64,000 nt of DNA from Telluribacter sp. Lineage in GTDB: Bacteria > Bacteroidota > Bacteroidia > Cytophagales > Spirosomataceae. Shown in pieces: positions 10,701 to 19,923 of this stretch. Position 1 is the first letter of the stretch. Each line of letters opens with the position of its first letter. The stretch spans positions 816 through 64,815 of the forward strand of contig JBEBXQ010000007.1 of the NCBI GenBank assembly GCA_040391535.1, read 5' to 3'. The position numbers were made by a program, and so were the translations under genes. The notes under the pieces were generated by a model, which did not search any database, was not told the DNA's origin, and saw only the letters and a list, made by a program, of their open reading frames with translations.

Positions 10701-11230
10701 AACTCACCCATATCGTTGGTAATAGTACCGCTTTGCGTTCCTTTAATCACTATGGAAACACCGGGCAATACCTCTCCATTGGTGTCGGTTACCGTTCCTG
10801 AAATACTCCGGTCAGCTGATTGCTGGCCGTTTTCATGGGAAGTCGGCTGGGTAGGGCCGGGTTCGGCGGCATAGTATAAAATGACCTGCTCTCCTTCGAT
10901 CCTGTAACGGATGTTGGATTGCGTGCTGAACAACTGCTCCAGTACTCTGGAAAGAGGTTGATTCTGAGCCTGCAGAGATACCCTCTGGTTGGGATCAATC
11001 AACGAGGAACTGTAAGTAAAGCGGACATTGGACTGGCGGTTGATCATTTTCAGGACCGTCTGCATTTTTTCTCCCTGAGAATGAATGCTTACTTTACGGT
11101 TCAGGATTTCCTGTCCGCCTGCCTGACTGATCACAGCGGAATGCGTGAGCACTGCAATCAGCAACATGCAGACCATGCTTCTGAAAGAATACTTGCTCCT
11201 GTTGCCGGGTAATCGTCGTTTTTTTATCAT
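7769..11230 (-). CDS. SusC/RagA-family TonB-dependent transducer with N-terminal STN signalling domain (module A)
   Basis: 1153 aa. STN-like region (VSIHSQGEKMQTVLKMINRQSNVRFTYSS), CarbopepD_reg-like region (ISGTVTDTNGEVLPGVSIVIKGT), plug (VVVVGYGSVSKKDITGAV) and a C-terminal beta-barrel ending in F. Confidence 0.9.
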   Translation of the reverse strand: MIKKRRLPGNRSKYSFRSMVCMLLIAVLTHSAVISQAGGQEILNRKVSIHSQGEKMQTVLKMINRQSNVRFTYSSSLIDPNQRVSLQAQNQPLSRVLEQLFSTQSNIRYRIEGEQVILYYAAEPGPTQPTSHENGQQSADRSISGTVTDTNGEVLPGVSIVIKGTQSGTITNDMGEFRLNIPDDNAILVFSFVGYESTEVTAGNQQILSVSLQPSSQSLSEVVVVGYGSVSKKDITGAVSSISGEEIRNMPVRSASDALQGKVAGVMVSQSSGSPGSMGVVRIRGIGSINNSNEPLYIVDGLPQSGIGWLNPNDIETMDVHKDASAAAIYGSRASNGLIMITTKKGSKKDAVSVSFDSYYGFQSASKRPYMLNAEEFIDYKNRAAAAVGAALPITEDMKAQALDFVRTNSGQEGTDWWKEITKRNAPVQNYNITVSGGSRKVDFASSLGYMDQQGIIKGADYNRISWRNNVNAQVSERVKIGTNLALIYESRRNIDENNPYSGTIFSAMTADPITPVFRDNLTGIPSFYSTIMSGYDASNPFSRYAGILYSNKPNPVAQTERMSQSIWEGISIKGGANLEIKILEPLKFRSSLGLDLHRGISKGFTPQYFLNGYDYSTYSNVGNSSSWSDYFVWENTLTYDQYWGNHHLTLLGGISAESTKGLEYAASKQGTVNNDEDMRIINAGTINPAASGYTYSRALGSYFGRVSYSYDNRYVLTANLRRDGTSSFASGYRWGTFPSVSAAWNFTNEAFIKGADLRWLNEGKLRVSYGQIGNQNVPGGAYLSTYGNTSRYLFGNNTTPYLGAGRISIGNPVLQWETSTQTDIGLDMAFFDHKLTFQADYFNKIVDNMLLVVPLPTTLGFPNSPWSNAGKMENKGWEFALGYSNNVGEFSYGIQGNISTFRNKVLTLGGGEPIYSTAHLGETISKTEEGMPVGYYFGWLSDGIFQTQDEVDNHPQKGLSTPGDIRFVNINGDELLNADDRTIIGNPWPDFVYGLTLNASWKGFDISAFVQGSQGNDVMNILRYDTEAGTGWYNAPKGFLEKAWNGAGSTNQYYKISQNAGLNTNVSDYFVEDGSFLRMKNLQIGYSIPESFLSKARISQIRVYAAAQNLFTVTGYSGLDPEMGATDPKLTGIDQGYFPQARTFMFGINARF

Positions 11231-11303
11231 GTCGAGTTATAGGTTTGGTTTAATCAATCAGATTCTTTCTATGCGTGGTATTGAGTGATATGCCGGTATA
11301 TGC

Positions 11304-12407
11304 TTATGGGCATTCTGCAGGACCAATGACAATATTCCCATTGCTGATACTGTATTCTGCTCCGATAGCCATGCACACCAGCCGTACTTTCTGAAGCAGC
11401 GTTTCGTCTTTGAACATGGTGTTGATTCTGCAGTTGCTCAGTTCTTTCTTATTGTATTCAATATCAACAGAATAAGTATTGCTTAAGCTGTCCAATACTT
11501 CGGCTACAGGTAGATTGGCAAATTCAGTTTCTGCGTGGGTCCGTGGAATGACAATCACTTCGTCTGGTCTGAGCCGGCTGGTATTGAACGATTCTTGTGC
11601 AGGCTCAAAAACCGCTTTATCATTTGGGGACAATATGACTCCCGGTATTTCCTGAGAGGGATGAGAGGAATGAAGTTTATAATCATGGAGGCGGTGAACA
11701 GCTACTTTACCTGTGCTGACTTTTATTTCCACCTTATTGCTGCTTGACTGAATACGGAAACTGGTTCCGAGTACCCGTGTTACGGTGGTTCCGGCAAATA
11801 CAAGGAAAGGATGAAGAGAATCTTTGGCTACGTCAAAAAAGGCGTCTCCGGTCAGGTATACCAGTCGCTCTGAAGTGTGCCGGTAGTCTGACAAATAATG
11901 AAGGGTGCTGTTTTCCCCAAGGATTACCTCACTGCCATCGTTCAGAATAATGGTTTCGGGATGAGGCTGATTGTTCATTCTGGTGATCCAATGGGGTGCC
12001 TGGACGTCAGAGGTAATCGCCAGATCCGGAAGAGCAGGGGTATCATTATTTTGAAAATGAATAAAGGCGGCATAGGATAATCCTGCAATCAGGATAAGAA
12101 CCGCTGCAATCCTGAGATAAAACGGATAGACTGCAGCCGGTTTGGTACTTTTTTCAGACAAACTTGCTTTGAGCTGTAAAAGATTGATTTCATGAGTGAT
12201 CTGTTCAGGGGTTAAGGTATCCTGAAACAAATCGTCAAAAGCGAGAACCAGCGCTTTGGCTCTTTGTATAATAATGATTTTATCCGGATTATTTTTGATC
12301 CAGTTCTGCCAGAAAGGAGCATAGTCAGAGCGGGGATTTCTGACCCAGTTTCTGAAAAACTCATCTTTTGCAAAATCTTCTGCCGAATAATCTTTGTAAT
12401 CGGTCAT
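11304..12407 (-). CDS. FecR-family anti-sigma factor (module A)
   Basis: 367 aa. N-terminus MTDYKDYSAEDFAKDEFFRNWV is typical of Bacteroidota FecR. It has a single central TM helix (AAVYPFYLRIAAVLILIAGLSYAAFI) and a periplasmic FecR/DUF4974-like C-terminus. It sits between the ECF sigma and SusC genes. Confidence 0.9.
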   Translation of the reverse strand: MTDYKDYSAEDFAKDEFFRNWVRNPRSDYAPFWQNWIKNNPDKIIIIQRAKALVLAFDDLFQDTLTPEQITHEINLLQLKASLSEKSTKPAAVYPFYLRIAAVLILIAGLSYAAFIHFQNNDTPALPDLAITSDVQAPHWITRMNNQPHPETIILNDGSEVILGENSTLHYLSDYRHTSERLVYLTGDAFFDVAKDSLHPFLVFAGTTVTRVLGTSFRIQSSSNKVEIKVSTGKVAVHRLHDYKLHSSHPSQEIPGVILSPNDKAVFEPAQESFNTSRLRPDEVIVIPRTHAETEFANLPVAEVLDSLSNTYSVDIEYNKKELSNCRINTMFKDETLLQKVRLVCMAIGAEYSISNGNIVIGPAECP

Positions 12408-12569
12408 TTTGGGGTAAAGGTTGGTCTTTACCTTTTATAGGCAGCCATTGGAGAAGAAATAGACAAAAAATTTTACAAAAATTTAATATTTCTTATAGTC
12501 TGCTGAAAATGAGCTTATTGGTGTGGTTGCTTGTCCGGGTCAGGGTAGGATGGCTGAGGAGTCTCCGGA

Positions 12570-13175
12570 TTATCTTTGCATTACAATAAATAAAAACATA
12601 AATAAATCCCTGATGATTTTCTGTTTTTTCATTTCCATAAGCGTCCGGTAGTGCAATGTCGCTACGCTGGGTTTTGAAATATTCATGACCATGGCAATTT
12701 CTTCATAGCTCATGTCCTGATAATAGCGGAGATAAATGATCTCTTTTTGCCGGCGGGTGAGTTGATTAATGGATTGTTTGACCTGATTAATCTGTGCCTG
12801 CAGATGCTCCTCATCGATCATCATGTTTTCGAGGGAAGGCTCTGACTCATTTAACTCAAAAGGGATGGATTCCGGCTCTCTGAACCGTTTCAGATAAAGG
12901 CTTTCCTTGATGATACGATGCCGCAGGGCTTTCATCAGATACGGTTTTACAAAGGCAGTTTGTGATAAATGACTTCTTCTTTCCCACAGGTCCAGATACA
13001 GGTCCTGTATACAATCCTTTATAAATTCGGTATCACGGGAGAAACGCAGGGCATAATTGTACAGGGCTTTATAATTTAATTCAGAAAGCCGACCGAATGC
13101 TTCTATATCGCCATTTCTGAACTTTTGCCACAAATGACTGTTAAAATCCTGCATTTCCCGTTCACTGACCGTCAT
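12570..13175 (-). CDS. ECF-type RNA polymerase sigma-70 family factor (module A)
   Basis: About 200 aa. Region-2-like (FIKDCIQDLYLDLWERR) and region-4-like HTH (LTRRQKEIIYLRYYQDMSYEEIAMVMNISKPSV). The ORF-track start at 13181 is a TTG, so I prefer the ATG at 13175. Confidence 0.85.
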   Translation of the reverse strand: MTVSEREMQDFNSHLWQKFRNGDIEAFGRLSELNYKALYNYALRFSRDTEFIKDCIQDLYLDLWERRSHLSQTAFVKPYLMKALRHRIIKESLYLKRFREPESIPFELNESEPSLENMMIDEEHLQAQINQVKQSINQLTRRQKEIIYLRYYQDMSYEEIAMVMNISKPSVATLHYRTLMEMKKQKIIRDLFMFLFIVMQR

Positions 13176-13203
13176 TTTCAAATGCCTGGTTTAATAATCT
13201 GAT

Positions 13204-13239
13204 TTCCATTCCGGAATATTTTCCGATTCCGGAATGGAA
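13204..13239. promoter_or_regulatory. Perfect 14-bp inverted repeat containing two ATTCCGGAAT palindromes, upstream of the module-A sigma gene
   Basis: TTCCATTCCGGAAT (13204-13217), ATTTTCCG, ATTCCGGAATGGAA (13226-13239). It lies 29-64 nt upstream of the ATG at 13175 and 40 nt downstream of the oxidoreductase stop. Confidence 0.45.
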
Positions 13240-13278
13240 TGTAAAACAGCTGATGACTGATTTCAATCAGCCTGATGA

Positions 13279-14268
13279 TCAGGATAGCCTTACCAGCTTT
13301 CCGCCTTTCTTTTTGCTTTGGTCTGCGGCATCAATAAAGGCAAATATCTCCAGCGTCTCAGCAGGAGATACCGGTGTTTTTCCACCGTCGAAAAAGCTGA
13401 TGATTTCTTCTACAAGTGGCTGATAACCTGAGAAGGGCCCAAGCGGTGCTATACCGGTTTCGCCGAAAGCTGTTCCCGCGATATTAGTAGCACCTTTCCG
13501 GATAGCCCGAACCGTACCGATGCGTCCGTCTGCCCAGGTACCCACTACCAGATCCACATCTGCATTGTGCGTTCGCTGAACGGTTTTACAGCCTGGTCCC
13601 ATTACCGTAAACAGCATTTCAACCGCATGAATAGCATACCAGGCCAGGTCACTGTGATGAGGATCCAGAGTGCCTGGTGCGTAAACATCAGCTCCCTGTA
13701 CTTTACCAACTGATCCGTTTACCACTTTTCTTACATTATCGTCATAACGCAATGCAGAAGATGAAAACGTCGCCACATTATGCTGTGCAGCGGCCTCAAA
13801 AATCGCCTGTGCACCTTTGTAACCGGCTGCGATGGGTTTGTCAATAAATACTCTCTTTCCTGCTTTGAAAACGGGCAAAGCCTGTTCAAGATGCGGCCGG
13901 CCGTCATTGGATTCAAGTAATACTACGTCTACCTGCTGTAACAGGGCTTCTATAGAATCCACCAGCTCAACACCCAGCTTTTCTACGGCAGCTGTGATGC
14001 GGGGTTTCATCTCAATGGCAGAAGGGATATCCTTACTTCCGTGCGGATAAGCAGCTACTACTTTATATCCTTTCATTTCCGGTCCGCCGGTGTTGATCAT
14101 CTTAGTGAAAACCTCACTATGCGATGTATCCAGACCAATCACCCCGATACGTTTGCCTTTTTCAGCTTCAGGAGAAAAATCCATGGCCGACAGAGTAGGA
14201 GCCAGTCCTAAGGCAGCTCCCGTAAGAACAGAAGATTTGATAAAATCCCTTCGTTGAATATTTTTCAT
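13279..14268 (-). CDS. Gfo/Idh/MocA-family oxidoreductase with Tat signal
   Basis: 329 aa. Twin-arginine leader MKNIQRRDFIKSSVLTGAALGLAPTLSA, followed by a Rossmann-type region (KRIGVIGLDTSHSE). Confidence 0.85.
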   Translation of the reverse strand: MKNIQRRDFIKSSVLTGAALGLAPTLSAMDFSPEAEKGKRIGVIGLDTSHSEVFTKMINTGGPEMKGYKVVAAYPHGSKDIPSAIEMKPRITAAVEKLGVELVDSIEALLQQVDVVLLESNDGRPHLEQALPVFKAGKRVFIDKPIAAGYKGAQAIFEAAAQHNVATFSSSALRYDDNVRKVVNGSVGKVQGADVYAPGTLDPHHSDLAWYAIHAVEMLFTVMGPGCKTVQRTHNADVDLVVGTWADGRIGTVRAIRKGATNIAGTAFGETGIAPLGPFSGYQPLVEEIISFFDGGKTPVSPAETLEIFAFIDAADQSKKKGGKLVRLS

Positions 14269-14289
14269 AAGGTTAGTCTAATGAGTTGG

Positions 14290-17010
14290 TTATCTTTCAA
14301 ATTTCATCCAGTCAAGATGGAATAAACCCCATTTCGCGTCCGGATTTTTAAATACAAAATACAGATTGTTAATACCTGACGGGGCCTTAACCGGGATCAG
14401 CTGCTCTTTCCAGTCGGTCTTCGGGTCGTTTACTTTTCCGCCTGGTATGGTAAGAGAACCCACCAGCGGACCGTCTTTGGCATTCAGGCGAACCTCTACC
14501 ACTCCGCCGGCGCCCTGCTCCTGCGTGCGTAACCGGATATGCTTAATACCCGTCAGGTCAATATTATCATAGCGTACATATTTGCCATTGGTAATATTGG
14601 CGAGGTAAGAATTGTAACCTGTATTCAGCGTCGCGATCACAATACCGACGTTCCCTTCAGTATAATCTTCCATCTGAATCCATGGATTACGCAAAACCAG
14701 ATGATTACCTGTCGTAAGCGGTTCAATACCCCGGGCGCCGTTATCGGTATAGGAGGCCTGTAATACATAGGCGCCGTCTGTACCTTTACCTGTATGTTCT
14801 GTCAGTTTCAGGTTTCCGGCCATTGGAATATTTTCCTGAACTTTATCCAGGGAAAGAATATAATCTGCAATTTCACGTGCTTTGTAAATGGATAAATCCG
14901 GGTGAGGTGGCATGGGATAGGTACCCCAGTTTCCGCTTCCGCCTTTGATGATTTTATCAGCCAGAATATCCCGAGCATTTTCTTCTTTACCGTATCGTTT
15001 TGAAACTTCTTTCAGAGTTGGACCAATCGATTTGGTATCAACGGTATGACAGGCACTGCAATCAAGGGTTGCATAGTATTTTTCAGTCTCTGCATATTTC
15101 AGATTACCGCTATGGTTAGATAACGTACCTGCCAGATCTTTTCCGAATGCAAGGTAATTGAAGGCTACAGTGGTACGTTGCGGATCAATGGTCTGGTCTT
15201 CAGGATCGCTGATTTCTACCTGGTAATCAAGTTCTGTATCATCCCAATAGAAAGTTCGATTGGCTTTACTTTGTATGGTTACTGACGGAGGAGTATTACC
15301 TACTTTAATCGTCGTACTGGCTACTCCCGCACCTCCGTGCTGATCTGTTACGGTCAGTTTAACGTCATATACCCCCGGTTTTTTGAAGATATAATCCACA
15401 TTTTTCCCTTTCAGTTTTTTCTTGCCGATTTGCCATGTATAGGATAATATATCCCCTTCATCAAAATCTTTGGACCCTTCCGCTGAAAGGGTTGTTTTTA
15501 AAGGAGCCGCACCTACCGTTTTACTGACAGAGGAAACCGCCACCGGTTTACGGTTACCTTCGCTGTATTCCACTCTGATGATCCCTGAATCTGTATTACG
15601 GGCAAACCAGTTGGTACCGTAAGCCAGTAAATAGACCGATCCGTCAGGGGCGATCTGCATATCCATCGGAGCTACTACCCGTAAGTGCGAAAGAAAAGGC
15701 TCCATGCTTTGATAATTGCCTTTTTCGTCCATCGTTACGGCCATGATCCATTTCCTTACCCAATCATAAATGAATAGTTTTCCGTTGTAATAATCCGAAA
15801 GTTTGTACGGAGCATCCTTGTACTGGTCACTGTAATATACAGGGCCTGCCATGGCGCTGGCACCCCCTTTACCTACCAGCGGCCAGCGTTTTGACGGGCC
15901 TTTGCCATACCAGATAAAGGCGGGCTGTGCTGCTGGTAATTCTTTGATGCCGGTATTGTTAGGTGAATTGTTAATGGGTTTTAACGGATCCTGTCCGGGT
16001 CCTTCTTTTTTGGTTTCGAAATCATATTTCGGGAAAACCTCATTGGCTCCAAGGAAATAGGGATAACCAAAGAAACCGGGCCCTTTGGCCTGATTGATTT
16101 CGTCATAGCTCAGTTTCCCTTCTTCAGCAGGGATTTCAGTATCCGGCCCTACATCGCCCCAGTAAAGATATTTGGTTTTGGGGTCAACAGACATTCTGAA
16201 CGGATTCCTCAGGCCCATGACATAAATCTCAGGCTTTCCTTTTGATCCGTCTTTGGGGAAAAGATTACCATCCGGAATCGAATAGGTGCCGTCATCTTCT
16301 GGCTTGATTCTCAGGATTTTTCCTCTGTAATCATTAGTATTGGCAGAGGTGGCCTGACCGTCGGACAAATGCCTGCCCGGCCGTTCATCGGTAGGGTTAT
16401 GACCCTCAATTTCTTCGGCATTGGTATTGTCACCCACTGACAGATATAATAAGCCATCTGCATCAAAGGTCAGGTATCCGGCAGAGTGACAGCAATAGGT
16501 TCTCTGTGTCGGAATCTCAAGCAAAACTTTTTTGGATGACATATCCAGTACACCGTCTTTCAATACAAAGCGGGTAAGATGACTGACCAGCTCTTCACCT
16601 CCGTCACCATAGTAAATGTAGATCCAGTTGTTCTTCTCATAATCAGGGTCTGCGGCTACACCCAGAAGACCGTCTTCTATCCCGCTGAAAACATTCAGAT
16701 GCGCCAGTGTTCTCACTTCTTTTGTTTTGGCATCATACAATTTAACGCCACCTTTTCTTTCAACGACCACTACGTCGTAATTGGGTAAAACTGCCATTTG
16801 CATCGGCTCGTCAAAACCAGATGCCAGCACCATGTGGGTGTACCTCGTACTGTCAGGTGCCTGTGCATGGGTGTCAGACGGCACTCCTGTTGAAGATTGG
16901 TTAACTGCATACCCGTTTGCAGGGTTATCAGCCTTGTTAACAGAAAAATAGCTTCCCGTTACAATAGCCAAAGTCAGTAAAGTGCCGGTGATGAATTTAA
17001 GGGTATTCAA
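14290..17010 (-). CDS. PQQ-dependent sugar (glucose/sorbosone) dehydrogenase beta-propeller fused to a PKD domain, a c-type cytochrome domain and a C-terminal CBM6-like module
   Basis: 906 aa. N-terminal signal/anchor, SGDH-like propeller motifs (GLLGVAADPDY, GNLFPKDG, GLRNPFRMS), PKD-like region (GVYDVKLTVTDQHGG), heme motif CSACH and a beta-sandwich-like C-terminus ending HLDWMKFER. Confidence 0.8.
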   Translation of the reverse strand: MNTLKFITGTLLTLAIVTGSYFSVNKADNPANGYAVNQSSTGVPSDTHAQAPDSTRYTHMVLASGFDEPMQMAVLPNYDVVVVERKGGVKLYDAKTKEVRTLAHLNVFSGIEDGLLGVAADPDYEKNNWIYIYYGDGGEELVSHLTRFVLKDGVLDMSSKKVLLEIPTQRTYCCHSAGYLTFDADGLLYLSVGDNTNAEEIEGHNPTDERPGRHLSDGQATSANTNDYRGKILRIKPEDDGTYSIPDGNLFPKDGSKGKPEIYVMGLRNPFRMSVDPKTKYLYWGDVGPDTEIPAEEGKLSYDEINQAKGPGFFGYPYFLGANEVFPKYDFETKKEGPGQDPLKPINNSPNNTGIKELPAAQPAFIWYGKGPSKRWPLVGKGGASAMAGPVYYSDQYKDAPYKLSDYYNGKLFIYDWVRKWIMAVTMDEKGNYQSMEPFLSHLRVVAPMDMQIAPDGSVYLLAYGTNWFARNTDSGIIRVEYSEGNRKPVAVSSVSKTVGAAPLKTTLSAEGSKDFDEGDILSYTWQIGKKKLKGKNVDYIFKKPGVYDVKLTVTDQHGGAGVASTTIKVGNTPPSVTIQSKANRTFYWDDTELDYQVEISDPEDQTIDPQRTTVAFNYLAFGKDLAGTLSNHSGNLKYAETEKYYATLDCSACHTVDTKSIGPTLKEVSKRYGKEENARDILADKIIKGGSGNWGTYPMPPHPDLSIYKAREIADYILSLDKVQENIPMAGNLKLTEHTGKGTDGAYVLQASYTDNGARGIEPLTTGNHLVLRNPWIQMEDYTEGNVGIVIATLNTGYNSYLANITNGKYVRYDNIDLTGIKHIRLRTQEQGAGGVVEVRLNAKDGPLVGSLTIPGGKVNDPKTDWKEQLIPVKAPSGINNLYFVFKNPDAKWGLFHLDWMKFER

Positions 17011-17195
17011 TGTATCGGGTATTAATGATGAAAAGAAACTTAGTATTTTAATTTATTTTGTAATATGCAAATAAATAATGTATTTATTAAGTAGTCAAGA
17101 AGAAATTGATAATTATTGTAAAACAGCCGGTTATTAAAGTAAAAAAGTAAGAATAAAATTACCGGAGCCCCTGCCGGCAAATACATTCAATTATT

Positions 17196-17203
17196 TAGTT
17201 TTG
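17196..17203 (+). promoter_or_regulatory. Candidate -7 box (TAGTTTTG) for mutS
   Basis: Matches TAnnTTTG, 53 nt upstream of the 17256 start. Confidence 0.3.
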
Positions 17204-17255
17204 TACTTTAGGAGAAGAAATTCCCGTATTACTTACCATCAAAGTCATAGAATCC

Positions 17256-19877
17256 TTGGCAAAAGAAAAAAAAGAGACACCGCTCAGCAAGCAATATAAT
17301 CAGATTAAAGCAAAATATCCGGGAGCGCTTTTGTTGTTCAGGGTAGGGGACTTTTATGAAACATTCGGGGAAGATGCAATCAGGGCATCAAAAATTCTGG
17401 GTATTGTCCTTACCCGACGGAACAACGGCGGAGCACACGATGAGCTTGCCGGTTTTCCTCATCATTCACTGGATACGTATTTACCCAAGCTGGTGCGTGC
17501 AGGTGAAAGGGTTGCCATCTGTGATCAGCTGGAAGATCCTGCCACTGCCAAAGGAATTGTAAAACGGGGGGTGACCGAGCTGGTTACGCCGGGGGTATCG
17601 TATAATGACAATGTACTGGATGTCAGAAGGAACAATTATCTGGCAGCGGTGCATTTTGGTAAAAATGATATTATCGGTATCGCTTTTCTGGATATTTCTA
17701 CCGGAGAGTTTTTCGCTGCACAGGGCGACACGGCTTATATTGATAAAACCCTGCAGAGTTTTGCTCCTTCAGAGGTATTGTTCTGTAAAAAAGAAAAACA
17801 GCAGTTTATCAGCCTGTTCGGTGATCGTTTTCATACCTATCAGCTTGATGACTGGTGTTTTGGCTTTGATTTTGCTTTTGAAAAACTAAACACTCACTTC
17901 CAGACCATCTCTCTGAAAGGCTTTGGGATTGACGGCATGCCATTTGGTATTATTGCTGCCGGAGTAATCATTCATTATTTATCCGAAACTGAACATAAGG
18001 AAATAAGCCATATCAACCGGATTACCCGGCTGGAAGAAGAAAAATACGTATGGCTAGACCGGTTTACGATCAGGAACCTGGAACTGGTTTCATCTCAGCA
18101 GGAAGGGGGCGTTCCGCTGATCAGTATTCTGGATCAGACGGTTACACCCATGGGAGCCAGGCTATTGCGGAAGTGGGTTTTACTGCCATTGAAAGATAAA
18201 ACTCCGGTATTGGAGAGGTTGCAGACCGTTGATATGCTGGTGGCCGAAGAAGAGTTGCATGACAAGCTGGTTTTTTTGCTGAAACTCATAGGGGATCTGG
18301 AACGCCTGGTTTCAAAGGTAGCTGTCCGGAGAATTAACCCGCGCGAATTAGGACAACTGAAAAAATCCCTGCTGCAGATTGCTCCCTTGAAGGAGCTGCT
18401 TACACAGCCTTTACCGGAAAACCTGATGGATAAAGGGAAAGTGCTGAAGAATTATGCAGATCTGCTCAATCCCTGCACTTATTTGCTGGAGAGGATTGAG
18501 AAGGAACTCCGGGACGATGCACCGATTGTCGCTAATCAGGGAGGAATGATCCGGTCAGGGGTAAATCCTGAGCTGGATGAACTGCATTCCCTGGCCTATG
18601 AAGGGAAAGAATACCTTCTCCGGCTACAGACGCGTGAAATGGAAAGATCGGGGATCAGCTCTCTGAAAGTAGCTTATAATAAAGTATTCGGCTATTATCT
18701 GGAAGTTACGAATGCGCACAAGGATAAGGTACCGCAGGAATGGATCAGAAAGCAGACACTGGTCAATGCCGAACGCTATATTACACCGGAATTAAAGGAA
18801 TACGAAGAAAAAATACTGAATGCCGAAGGTCGGATCGCCTCTATTGAAATGAAGATTTTCAATGATCTGGTGCTGGCAGTGGCCGAATATGTAGGTGCTA
18901 TCCAACAGAATGCCCAGGTGATTTCTACACTGGATGTGCTGGCTTCCTTTGCGACCGTTTCCCGGAGGAACAATTATGTGCTTCCGGTCATTACCGAAGG
19001 TAAGGAACTGGACATTAAGGACGGCCGCCACCCCGTGATTGAGCAGCAGTTACCACCCGGTGAAAGCTATGTACCCAATGATTTGTTTCTGGACGATCAG
19101 GATCAGCAGATTATTATCATTACCGGACCGAATATGGCCGGGAAATCGGCATTGCTCAGACAGACGGCCCTGATCGTGCTGATGGCGCAGATCGGTTGTT
19201 TTGTGCCGGCTACCTCAGCGTCTGTCGGGCTGGTTGACAAGATTTTTACCAGAGTAGGCGCGAGTGACAACCTCAGCCGGGGCGAAAGTACGTTTATGGT
19301 GGAAATGACCGAGACGTCAAGTATTCTGAATAACCTCAGCGAACGCAGCCTGGTACTGATGGATGAGATCGGCCGCGGAACCAGTACTTACGACGGTGTT
19401 TCCATTGCGTGGGCCATTACGGAATATCTCCATAATCAGACCCATCTGAGGCCAAAAACGTTGTTTGCCACCCATTATCATGAACTGAACCAGCTTGCAG
19501 AGGATTTTCCCAGAATCAAAAACTTTAATGTGGCCGTAAGGGAAGTAGGGGATAAGATTGTTTTTCTGAGAAAACTTCAACCCGGTGGCAGCGCGCATAG
19601 TTTTGGGATTCATGTAGCCCAGATTGCGGGGATGCCGCAGGGAATTGTGGTAAGGGCAAGTGAAATCATGCACCACCTCGAAAAGGATCATGTAGCCGAC
19701 AGACAAAGAAAGAAGATTAAAGAAGTACCGAAGGCCAATTATCAGCTCAGTATTTTCGAGCCGGCCGATCCAAGACTGGAGGAGGTAAAAAACAAGCTGA
19801 AAGAGCTGGATGTAAATACTATTTCGCCTATCGAGGCTTTGCTTAAAATTAATGAACTGAAAAAAATGATTCAGTAA
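17256..19877 (+). CDS. mutS: DNA mismatch repair protein MutS
   Basis: 873 aa. Motifs TPLSKQYNQIKAKYPGALLLFRVGDFYETFGEDA, Walker A ITGPNMAGKSALLRQ and STFMVEMTET. Apparent TTG start. Confidence 0.95.
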   Translation: MAKEKKETPLSKQYNQIKAKYPGALLLFRVGDFYETFGEDAIRASKILGIVLTRRNNGGAHDELAGFPHHSLDTYLPKLVRAGERVAICDQLEDPATAKGIVKRGVTELVTPGVSYNDNVLDVRRNNYLAAVHFGKNDIIGIAFLDISTGEFFAAQGDTAYIDKTLQSFAPSEVLFCKKEKQQFISLFGDRFHTYQLDDWCFGFDFAFEKLNTHFQTISLKGFGIDGMPFGIIAAGVIIHYLSETEHKEISHINRITRLEEEKYVWLDRFTIRNLELVSSQQEGGVPLISILDQTVTPMGARLLRKWVLLPLKDKTPVLERLQTVDMLVAEEELHDKLVFLLKLIGDLERLVSKVAVRRINPRELGQLKKSLLQIAPLKELLTQPLPENLMDKGKVLKNYADLLNPCTYLLERIEKELRDDAPIVANQGGMIRSGVNPELDELHSLAYEGKEYLLRLQTREMERSGISSLKVAYNKVFGYYLEVTNAHKDKVPQEWIRKQTLVNAERYITPELKEYEEKILNAEGRIASIEMKIFNDLVLAVAEYVGAIQQNAQVISTLDVLASFATVSRRNNYVLPVITEGKELDIKDGRHPVIEQQLPPGESYVPNDLFLDDQDQQIIIITGPNMAGKSALLRQTALIVLMAQIGCFVPATSASVGLVDKIFTRVGASDNLSRGESTFMVEMTETSSILNNLSERSLVLMDEIGRGTSTYDGVSIAWAITEYLHNQTHLRPKTLFATHYHELNQLAEDFPRIKNFNVAVREVGDKIVFLRKLQPGGSAHSFGIHVAQIAGMPQGIVVRASEIMHHLEKDHVADRQRKKIKEVPKANYQLSIFEPADPRLEEVKNKLKELDVNTISPIEALLKINELKKMIQ

Positions 19878-19923
19878 AGCAAGGCTCCTGATTTACTGAA
19901 TCATACCTAACATAAACCTGAAA

